Assembly (NCBI GenBank): GCA_964635845.1
Contig: CAZWNO010000009.1
Span: 1,622-65,621 of the forward strand
Direction: 5' to 3'
Length of the DNA: 64,000 nt
Origin: an uncultured Chromatiales bacterium
Lineage (GTDB): Bacteria; Bacteroidota; Ignavibacteria; SZUA-365
In this document: positions 56,431 to 64,000 of the stretch, one piece after another
Layout: each line of letters begins with the position of its first letter
Position numbering within the stretch: position 1 is the stretch's first letter
Made by a program: the position numbers and the translations under genes
Notes under the pieces: generated by a model
The model's input: only the letters and a program-made list of their open reading frames with translations
Database searches by the model: none
Told to the model about the DNA's origin: nothing

Positions 56431-59376
56431 ATGGAACAGGACTTCATCACCATCCGCGGCGCGCGGGAACACAATCTCAAGAATATCGACGTCGACATCC
56501 CACGGAAGCAGCTGGTCGTCATCACCGGCCTGTCGGGATCCGGCAAGTCGAGCCTGGCCTTCGACACCATTTACGCCGAAGGCCAGCGGCGCTACGTGGA
56601 AAGTCTTTCCGCTTACGCCAGGCAGTTCCTCGGGAGCATGGAACGTCCGGATGTGGACAACATCGACGGACTGAGCCCGGCGATTTCAATCGAGCAGAAA
56701 ACCGTCAGCCGGAATCCCCGTTCCACCGTCGGTACGGTAACGGAGATCTACGATTATCTCCGTCTGCTCTTCGCGCGGGCAGGGATCCAATATTGTCACA
56801 GGGACGGTTCCCCGGTGCAGCGGCAGAGTCTCGACCAGATGGTCGACCGGGTGCTCGGGTATGAGAAAGGAACGCGCATCGTCATTCTCGCGCCGGTCGT
56901 GCGCGGCAGAAAGGGACATTATCGGGAGCTGTTCGAGGAGATCCAGAAAGACGGATTCACCAAGGTCCGGGTGGACAGAGAACTTCGGGAGATCGAGGAC
57001 GGAATGAAAGTGGATCGCTACAAGATCCACAACATCGAAATCGTCGTCGATCGCCTTGTCGTCAATGCCGACGCGCGCGCGCGCCTGACAGATTCGCTCG
57101 AGATCGCATTGAAATTCGGCGAAGGCGTGGTGATCGTGGACGTCAACGGCGAGGATATTCTGATGAGTCAGAAGAATTCCTGTCCCGTCTGCGGCACCAG
57201 CTACGAGGAACCCGCGCCGAACTCCTTCTCGTTCAACTCGCCCTACGGAGCCTGCAGCACCTGCGACGGCCTTGGCGAGTCGCGCGAATTCGATCTCGAC
57301 TTGATCATTCCCGACGTCGCGAAGTCGCTGAATCAGGAAGGTCTCGTGCCCCTCGGTAAACCGCGGCGCACATGGTGGTGGGCGCAGATCAAGGCGGTGG
57401 CCGACAAATTCGGCTTCGATCTCGATACCCCGCTCAGTGATATCAGCGAGGAAGCGATGCAGATACTGCTCCACGGCAGCGGCAAGGTAAAGTACCGCAT
57501 CGAATACACGCATCCCGACGGACGGGTCTCGCAGTACAATCACAGCGTTGCGGGCGTGCTCGCGAGCCTCAAGCAGTACTACGAAAACACCACGTCCAAC
57601 AGCATCAGGGAATGGTCTGAATCGTTCATGAGCACGAGAGAATGTCCGTCGTGTCTCGGCGGCCGTCTGCGCCCTGAAAGTCTGTCCGTGCTGATCGACG
57701 GCCATTCGATCCACCACGTATCCCGCGCTTCGGTAAAGGAGGCGCTGACACTCTTTCAATCGCTCTCCCTGACTCCCAGGCAGAAGGAGATCGGTACACA
57801 GATCCTCAAGGAGATCACGTCGCGATTGGGATTCCTGTCGAATGTCGGACTCGATTACCTGACGCTGGACCGCTCCGCGCGTTCACTGTCCGGTGGCGAG
57901 GCACAGCGCATCCGTCTCGCGACCCAGATCGGAACGCAGCTGGTCGGCGTGCTCTACATCCTCGACGAGCCGTCGATCGGCCTGCATCAGCGCGATAACG
58001 CGCGCCTGATCGAATCGCTCAAGCAGCTGCGCGATCTTGGGAATTCCGTCATCGTCGTCGAGCACGACCGTGAAATGATCGAAAACGCGGATTATGTCAT
58101 CGACCTGGGACCCGCCGCGGGAGAATTCGGTGGTGAAGTCGTGGCCGAGGGTACGGTCAAGGAGCTGCTCAGCCGCAACAGGAACGGCAGCCCCAACGGG
58201 AACGGCAGACGCAACGGGAACGGAAACTCCAGTACCAACGGTATCGCGTCACGCAAGGCGAACAGCCTGACCGAGGAAGCGATGCTGCGGCGTATCACCA
58301 CCAAGGGTTCGCTCACGGCAGCCTATCTGAGCGGGAAGAGCAGGATCGCCGTACCGGCTCGGCGGCGGCCGGGCAATGGTCGCAGTCTGCTGCTGCGCGG
58401 GGCACGGGGACATAATCTCAAGAACGTGGATCTGCGCCTTCCGCTCGGAACCTTCGTCTGCGTCACCGGCGTCAGCGGTTCGGGCAAGTCGAGTCTCATC
58501 AACGAGACCCTGTATCCGCTGCTCGCGAAAAGGTACTACCGGAGTACGATGGCAACGCTGCCGTATACGTCCATCGAGGGACTCGAGCACATCGACAAAG
58601 TCATCGACATCGACCAGACGCCGATCGGCCGCACGCCGCGGTCTAATCCGGCTACCTACACCGGACTCTTCACCTTCATCCGTGACCTGTTCACCAATCT
58701 TCCCGAGGCGAAAATCCGCGGCTACAACGCCGGACGCTTCAGCTTCAACGTGGAGGGCGGGCGCTGTGACGCCTGCGGCGGTGACGGCGTGCGGAAAATC
58801 GAAATGAATTTCCTGCCCGACGTGTACGTGCTGTGCGAAGTCTGCAGAGGGAAGCGCTACAATCGAGAGACCATGGAAGTGCGCTTTCACGGGAAATCCA
58901 TCGCCGATGTGCTGGATATGTCTGTCGCCGAAGCTCTGGATTTCTTCAGCGAGATTCCTCGCATCCGTCGCAAGCTGCAGACCCTGCACGACGTGGGTCT
59001 CGGCTACATCCGTCTCGGCCAGCAGGCGACGACGCTGTCCGGCGGCGAGGCCCAGCGCGTCAAGCTCTCGACCGAACTTTCGAAGGTGGGAACGGGAAGC
59101 ACGCTGTACATTCTCGACGAACCTACGACGGGACTGCATTTCGAGGATGTCCGCATGTTGCTGAACGTGCTCGGACAGCTGGTCGAGAAGGGCAATACCG
59201 TGGTCGTGATCGAACACAATCTCGATGTCATCAAGACCGCGGACTGGATCATCGATCTGGGGCCGGAAGGTGGCGGCGAAGGCGGCTACGTCGTCGCGGA
59301 GTGCACTCCCGAGGACCTTGTGCGCTGCGAGGCCAGCTTCACCGGGCAGTATTTGAAAGACGAGTTGAACCTGTAA
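56431..59376 (+). CDS. uvrA: Excinuclease ABC subunit A
   Basis: 981 aa. Two ABC ATPase modules, zinc fingers (CPVCGTSYEE..CSTCDG; CDACGGDG...CEVCRGKRY). It contains an extra N/G-rich low-complexity insertion at ~58174-58232. Confidence 0.95.
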   Translation: MEQDFITIRGAREHNLKNIDVDIPRKQLVVITGLSGSGKSSLAFDTIYAEGQRRYVESLSAYARQFLGSMERPDVDNIDGLSPAISIEQKTVSRNPRSTVGTVTEIYDYLRLLFARAGIQYCHRDGSPVQRQSLDQMVDRVLGYEKGTRIVILAPVVRGRKGHYRELFEEIQKDGFTKVRVDRELREIEDGMKVDRYKIHNIEIVVDRLVVNADARARLTDSLEIALKFGEGVVIVDVNGEDILMSQKNSCPVCGTSYEEPAPNSFSFNSPYGACSTCDGLGESREFDLDLIIPDVAKSLNQEGLVPLGKPRRTWWWAQIKAVADKFGFDLDTPLSDISEEAMQILLHGSGKVKYRIEYTHPDGRVSQYNHSVAGVLASLKQYYENTTSNSIREWSESFMSTRECPSCLGGRLRPESLSVLIDGHSIHHVSRASVKEALTLFQSLSLTPRQKEIGTQILKEITSRLGFLSNVGLDYLTLDRSARSLSGGEAQRIRLATQIGTQLVGVLYILDEPSIGLHQRDNARLIESLKQLRDLGNSVIVVEHDREMIENADYVIDLGPAAGEFGGEVVAEGTVKELLSRNRNGSPNGNGRRNGNGNSSTNGIASRKANSLTEEAMLRRITTKGSLTAAYLSGKSRIAVPARRRPGNGRSLLLRGARGHNLKNVDLRLPLGTFVCVTGVSGSGKSSLINETLYPLLAKRYYRSTMATLPYTSIEGLEHIDKVIDIDQTPIGRTPRSNPATYTGLFTFIRDLFTNLPEAKIRGYNAGRFSFNVEGGRCDACGGDGVRKIEMNFLPDVYVLCEVCRGKRYNRETMEVRFHGKSIADVLDMSVAEALDFFSEIPRIRRKLQTLHDVGLGYIRLGQQATTLSGGEAQRVKLSTELSKVGTGSTLYILDEPTTGLHFEDVRMLLNVLGQLVEKGNTVVVIEHNLDVIKTADWIIDLGPEGGGEGGYVVAECTPEDLVRCEASFTGQYLKDELNL

Positions 59377-59559
59377 CATGCGAACTCCGGCCCGCGGAAT
59401 CGCATCGCACCGATCAGAGCGCGGAGCCGGGGCATATCCTCCGTGACAACGCCGGAGCTCTTGATTCCGGTCAGCGATACATACCGATCCGTGTCATTCA
59501 CTGTTACTCTTTGTCCCACCCCGTGTCTATCGTGCATCTCACACATACCGGGTTCGACC

Positions 59560-60141
59560 ATGAGCATGCGAATTATTTTTCCGATCATCGTCCCGCTGCT
59601 GATCCTCAGCGCATGCAGTGACGATGATCCGGTGGTGGTTCCCTCGAACGATCTCGAAGATGAGGAATATGCCGTGTGGTCCGCGACTCTCGACTCGATG
59701 GCCGTATGGGAAAAGGACGATATCCTCGTTTTGTGCAGCGAGACCGCCGGATACCCAATCACTGATTCCGCGACGGCCGCATACCTGCGCGGACAGTTGA
59801 AAGTGCCCGATGATGCACTGCAGGATTACGAGACGCGAAACGCCCGCAAGGCGACGATCGAGAGGAAGCTCGTCATCGACGCAGAATACGTCCTGCTCAC
59901 CGGGCAGCAGATCGAGGGCATCCTCTCGGCCGGCGGGTATGACGAGCTCTACCGCCTCTACCCGCACTGCACAGGCGTGACGACGCTCTCGCGCGTCGGA
60001 TTCAATTCCACCCGCACCTCGGCCGTCGTGTACTTCTCGGCGATTCCGGATTCTCTCGCCGGCGTCGGCTGGGCAGTGTTCCTGCGCAAACTCGGCGGGA
60101 AGTGGCAGGTGCAGACGAGCGCCATCGTCTGGGTGTCGTAG
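59560..60141 (+). CDS. Hypothetical lipoprotein
   Basis: ORF from 59443. Probable start MSMRIIFPIIVPLLILSAC (lipobox LILSAC). Confidence 0.45.
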   Translation: MSMRIIFPIIVPLLILSACSDDDPVVVPSNDLEDEEYAVWSATLDSMAVWEKDDILVLCSETAGYPITDSATAAYLRGQLKVPDDALQDYETRNARKATIERKLVIDAEYVLLTGQQIEGILSAGGYDELYRLYPHCTGVTTLSRVGFNSTRTSAVVYFSAIPDSLAGVGWAVFLRKLGGKWQVQTSAIVWVS

Positions 60142-60275
60142 CCAATCACCAGAAGAATCACGGACCCGGGACAAAACACCGATATCGATCTCCGATGCTT
60201 CGTATCTTTGGGAGAAATCACACTGAGCATACAATCAGTGCCATGCAAAACCAATCTGTGCAATCCGTGTAATCT

Positions 60276-61556
60276 GTGGTTACTCTTCAAGGTGAGAACG
60301 CGACGCCTCCCCGCGTCGCCATCATCGGCGCCGGTGCGGCCGGACTGATGGCCGCGGTGTTCGCCGCGCGCTCCGGCGCGGAAACGCTGCTGCTCGAGCG
60401 CACGGCGGAGGGTGGCCGCAAGGTGCTCATCAGCGGCGGTGGCCGCTGCAACATCCTTCCCTCGGAAGTGGACACATCGCGTTTCGTGACGGATTCCTCA
60501 GCGAACTCGCTGAAGAAAATGCTCCGATCCTGGCCGCTGCGCGAACAAATCGATTTCTTCGAAAGGGAGATTCGCCTGCCCCTCGTGAAGGAAGCTGAGA
60601 CGGGCAAGTTTTTCCCCGCATCGCAGCGGGCGCGGGACGTGCGCGACGGACTGCTCGAGGTAGCCCGCGTTCGCGGGGCGAAGCTGTACGATCATGCACT
60701 GGTGACCGGGATCGCTCCGCTCGACGGAGGATGGACGATAGAACTTGCCGCTGCGCCGGCGCTGCGGGTCGATGCTGTCGTGGTCGCGACAGGCGGTCTT
60801 TCCGTTCCCGGGACCGGAAGCGATGGCAGCGGTTTCATCTTCGCCCGGAAACTCGGCCTGAAAGTGAATCCGACCTACGCCGCCCTGACGCCGGTGACCG
60901 CGGATGCCGCGCGTTTCAATGCGCTCGCCGGCATCGCGCTGCCGGTGGAAATCACCGCGCGCGACAGTGCACGATCGGCAACCGCGCGGGACGCCTTTCT
61001 GTTCACGCATCGCGGATACAGCGGTCCCGCCGTGCTCGATGTCTCGCATGTACTCGTGCGTGCGTTGGATGAAGGCCGCCGCGATGCACGGCTGCTCGTA
61101 CGCTGGACGGACATTTCCGAGGAAGAATGGACACGCCGTCTCGGCAACGCACAGGCGGGAACGGTGCTGGGCGCGCTTCGGAAAGAGCTGCCGGAGCGGC
61201 TCGCAGCCGCGCTATGCGAACATTCCGGCGTGGAATACTCACGCCCCTTGCCGCAGCTGCGGAAGGACGAACGCCGGCGCTTGCTCGACGTGCTGCTGCG
61301 CTGTCCGCTGCCCTGGTCAGGCCACGAAGGTTACCGCGTCGCGGAAGTCACGGGCGGCGGCGTGGACCTTGCCGAAGTCGATCCGCATACGATGCAAAGC
61401 CGGAAACATCCGGGGCTGTTTTTCTGCGGTGAAGTGCTCGACGTGTTCGGTCCCATCGGCGGCTACAACTTTCTCTGGGCCTGGGTAACAGGCCGTGCCG
61501 CCGGGCTTGGCGCAGCGAGCGTTGAAGCACGGAAGCGCGAAGACAGCGGGACATGA
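60276..61556 (+). CDS. NAD(P)/FAD-dependent oxidoreductase, HI0933/BaiN-like flavoprotein family
   Basis: Dinucleotide-binding GxGxxG at VAIIGAGAAGLMAA. GGGRCN and C-terminal GEVLDVFGPIGGYNFLWAWVTG motifs are typical of the HI0933 family. Confidence 0.75.
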   Translation: MVTLQGENATPPRVAIIGAGAAGLMAAVFAARSGAETLLLERTAEGGRKVLISGGGRCNILPSEVDTSRFVTDSSANSLKKMLRSWPLREQIDFFEREIRLPLVKEAETGKFFPASQRARDVRDGLLEVARVRGAKLYDHALVTGIAPLDGGWTIELAAAPALRVDAVVVATGGLSVPGTGSDGSGFIFARKLGLKVNPTYAALTPVTADAARFNALAGIALPVEITARDSARSATARDAFLFTHRGYSGPAVLDVSHVLVRALDEGRRDARLLVRWTDISEEEWTRRLGNAQAGTVLGALRKELPERLAAALCEHSGVEYSRPLPQLRKDERRRLLDVLLRCPLPWSGHEGYRVAEVTGGGVDLAEVDPHTMQSRKHPGLFFCGEVLDVFGPIGGYNFLWAWVTGRAAGLGAASVEARKREDSGT

Positions 61557-61612
61557 CATATATTGTGAAGTCCGCACTCTCGGGTCCGTTTATTCCAATA
61601 ACGGAGATTCTC

Positions 61613-64000
61613 ATGCGCTGCTCCGTATTGACCGTCCTGTCTCTCGCCCTGCTCTCCGCCATGTTGTCCGCGCAGCCCGCGGGCTATACGTCGCGCGGGG
61701 TGCGTGCCTACCTGGTGAACTACAACGCCGTGCACGGTGACCGCTTCCTGGCGGAGTTCGCCGCGCGGCGATTCGTTCTCATCGACGAAGCGGGCAGCGC
61801 CGACATACCCATGATGCGCGCGGTCGCGCCCGATATCCCGATACTGCGCTATCGCGACATGGTGGCGATATATCCTTACTTTCCGGAATTCGCTGCAGTG
61901 GACCGTGACGAGGCGGCGTTCATGCATTCCACGGAGCCATCGGGACTGTCGGTCACGATCAGCGGCGACACTGCGACGATAGCCTGGATCCCGGACCGGC
62001 GATCGCTGCCGGTGAAGGGCTACCGACTGCGTTCGAGTCTCGATTCGCTCGGAAGCGCGCACGCGTTGATCGATTCGCTCATCACCACGGTGCCGGTGCG
62101 CGTGCGTCTTCCGAAGTCGACGGTCTTCCTCCGTGTCGACGCAGAGCTTGAAGACGGTTCACTGCTGAACTATGGTTTCCCTGTACGGTGGTACAGCGCG
62201 CAGACGCCGATGGTCGTCTGGCCGTCCGCCGTCAGCGAATCGCGATCCGCGACCGCGGTTGAAAATCACATCGAACTCCGCACGGCCGGGAGCATGCGTC
62301 CGGATTCCATCTTCATCGTCGCGGATACCGATCGCAGCAACACGCTCAACCATTCCCGTGAAAGGATGCCCGCTTCGTGGAACGGCGAAAGCTGGACCAG
62401 CGATTTCTCCGTCGACATCACGGGACTGCGCAGCAACTGCGGGTACGAGTACAAGGCGGAAATATGGTCCGGAGGCGTACGCACGATATATCCCGCGCAG
62501 GGGACGTGGCATACGAACGTGAACAATCGCGTGAAAAACGATACGTACGGCTTTTATGTCATGAACGTCGGCAGCAGCACATGGCGGCAGGAGACGATAG
62601 CGCAGATTCTCCAAGCCTTCTCGCGGCAAGGCTACAGCGGTCTGTTCGAGGACGACACCTGGTATCGTATCGCAAGCTACGGAGGCGACGCATATCCTCC
62701 GGTGCCATATGACGAACTGCAGTGGCGCGCTGATCTGTATGGGATGCTCGACAGCATCCGCCTTGCGATCGCGCCGCGTCCAGCATACTTCAACGGACTC
62801 TACACCGACGTCTCCGACAGTCTGCTCGCGCACACCGAGGGTGGGATGACGGAGGGATTCGCCTACACGCACTGGTCCGGACTCGTGCGCGGCGCGAGCT
62901 GGCGCAACAGCTGCAACCGCGGCCTCTCCGCCGCGCATGCCTATCGCAAGACCTGGATGTCGCTCGGCGGCGCTCCCTTCGATGACATTCCCGGCCGGCT
63001 GTACACACTCGCCAGCTACCTGATGGTCGCCGACAGCCTCTCGATGTTCGCCAACGCGACGAGCTACCAGGAGCTTTCGCATTTTCCGGAATTCGATATT
63101 CCACTCGGCGCGTCGTTGGAGTCCGCCGCGCTCGACGTCGATACCCTCGCGCATGTCAACGGAAGCGGACGCTATCACCGCCGCGAGTTCGAGCACGGCA
63201 CGGTCGTGGTGAACGCCGGCACCGTCCCGGTTGTGTATCCCGATGCGCGTGGAAGAAAAAGCGTCACCGCTCTCGGAAGCATCACCACGGACGGCGGCCG
63301 CATCGAAGCGGTCCATGAAAGCGACACCCTCGCATCAGGCACGGCGCGCATCTACCTGAACATGAATCCTGACGAAACGCTGTCCTCTCCCGTGATCGAT
63401 TCGACGAGAGTGGAGCCGGAGCGCATTCCTTCCGATGGCACGACGCCCTGCACGGTGCGCATCCTGGCGCATGATCCGTCCGCGCCGCGATGGCGCAGCG
63501 ATGCCGCACTGCCGCTGCATGTCGTGCTCGATGCGGGCGCGATCGGGGGACCGCGCGAACTGCCGCTGCAGCCCGCCTCGGCGGGGAGTCCCGAGCAGCC
63601 CGTCTGGTTCGAAGCGGCGTTCACGATTCCCGTCGGCGCTCCCCCCGACAGCGCGCGGCTGCCGGTGAGCGTGTACGCCGCCACGGGGCTCGTCACCATC
63701 GGACATGTCACGGTTACGATAGAAAGCGGCGACGCGGGGAACCTGCTGCTGAACTACAGCTTCGAAATCGATAACAACGACGACGGCACGCCGGATTACT
63801 GGCGTGGGTATTCGAAAGGATTCGACTACGACGTCAGCGGCATGCATGCGCGCAGCGGCAGCCGCTCGGTGCATGTCCTCAACGACAGCCTGAGCGATTT
63901 CCGCGGGGTGTACGTGCGGGTGGATCTGAAACAGGACAGCGCCCGGGCGCTGGAAATATCGGGATGGTCGAAATGCATCGACGTGAGTGGAAACCCGGAC
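61613..64000 (+). CDS. Secreted hypothetical glycoside-hydrolase-like protein with C-terminal CBM4/9-like domain (3' end beyond window)
   Basis: Not in the ORF track because there is no stop in the window. ATG at ~61613. Signal peptide MRCSVLTVLSLALLSAMLSAQ. The frame is open with genome-typical GC3 to the window end. Final segment NLLLNYSFEIDNNDDGTPDYWRGY...SVHVLND resembles a CBM4_9 start. Antisense ORFs 62159..63316 and 63335..63874 are artefacts. Confidence 0.55.
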   Translation, partial: MRCSVLTVLSLALLSAMLSAQPAGYTSRGVRAYLVNYNAVHGDRFLAEFAARRFVLIDEAGSADIPMMRAVAPDIPILRYRDMVAIYPYFPEFAAVDRDEAAFMHSTEPSGLSVTISGDTATIAWIPDRRSLPVKGYRLRSSLDSLGSAHALIDSLITTVPVRVRLPKSTVFLRVDAELEDGSLLNYGFPVRWYSAQTPMVVWPSAVSESRSATAVENHIELRTAGSMRPDSIFIVADTDRSNTLNHSRERMPASWNGESWTSDFSVDITGLRSNCGYEYKAEIWSGGVRTIYPAQGTWHTNVNNRVKNDTYGFYVMNVGSSTWRQETIAQILQAFSRQGYSGLFEDDTWYRIASYGGDAYPPVPYDELQWRADLYGMLDSIRLAIAPRPAYFNGLYTDVSDSLLAHTEGGMTEGFAYTHWSGLVRGASWRNSCNRGLSAAHAYRKTWMSLGGAPFDDIPGRLYTLASYLMVADSLSMFANATSYQELSHFPEFDIPLGASLESAALDVDTLAHVNGSGRYHRREFEHGTVVVNAGTVPVVYPDARGRKSVTALGSITTDGGRIEAVHESDTLASGTARIYLNMNPDETLSSPVIDSTRVEPERIPSDGTTPCTVRILAHDPSAPRWRSDAALPLHVVLDAGAIGGPRELPLQPASAGSPEQPVWFEAAFTIPVGAPPDSARLPVSVYAATGLVTIGHVTVTIESGDAGNLLLNYSFEIDNNDDGTPDYWRGYSKGFDYDVSGMHARSGSRSVHVLNDSLSDFRGVYVRVDLKQDSARALEISGWSKCIDVSGNPD

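Noticed and set aside
62159-63874. Minus-strand ORFs 62159..63316 and 63335..63874
   Set aside because: They are antisense to the long plus-strand secreted-protein gene starting ~61613, which has a signal peptide and consistent codon bias.
1-64000. CRISPR arrays, rRNA/tRNA genes, transposases/integrases, prophage genes
   Set aside because: I scanned for short regularly spaced direct repeats, tRNA T-loop motifs (GGTTCGAATCC-like) and IS-type ORFs. None were found. The only tandem repeats are the 49-bp pair at 17022-17121 and the intragenic 18-bp and SR repeats.

Overview
High-GC (~60-65%) chromosomal segment from an FCB-group bacterium (Bacteroidota/Ignavibacteriota-like). The lineage call rests on six or more proteins ending in the ~80-aa T9SS type-A C-terminal sorting domain ('YPNPF...' motif), many lipoproteins and outer-membrane beta-barrels, and a TonB-dependent receptor paired with a DUF4249-like lipoprotein. 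The window includes the replication-origin neighbourhood: dnaA on the minus strand with DnaA-box clusters on both sides. Housekeeping genes present are rsfS, argS, a ppiD-like chaperone, fbp, rsmI, hflX, an ABC-F ATPase, an S9 peptidase, a polyprenyl synthase, tatC and uvrA. Most long antisense ORFs in the six-frame track are high-GC artefacts. No CRISPR array, rRNA, tRNA or obvious mobile element (transposase/integrase) was seen. Observations I consider most worth follow-up: (1) a C10 homopolymer that separates a 59-aa signal-peptide ORF from a 1299-aa T9SS cargo ORF, which looks like either a phase-variation switch or a frameshift error; (2) a four-gene ECF-sigma / RseA-like anti-sigma / lipoprotein / vWA-T9SS operon; (3) a translationally coupled HTH-protein / small protein / polyprenol-kinase-like+DUF92 membrane protein operon followed by a near-perfect 2x49-bp tandem repeat; (4) a lipoprotein with a Tyr/Trp-rich block and an SR-rich 'SYSPPSR'-type tail preceding a FadL/PorV-like barrel; (5) an island of T9SS cargo proteins, three of them vWA-type. 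Coordinates taken from the ORF track are reliable. Motif coordinates that I read directly from the sequence may be off by a few bases.
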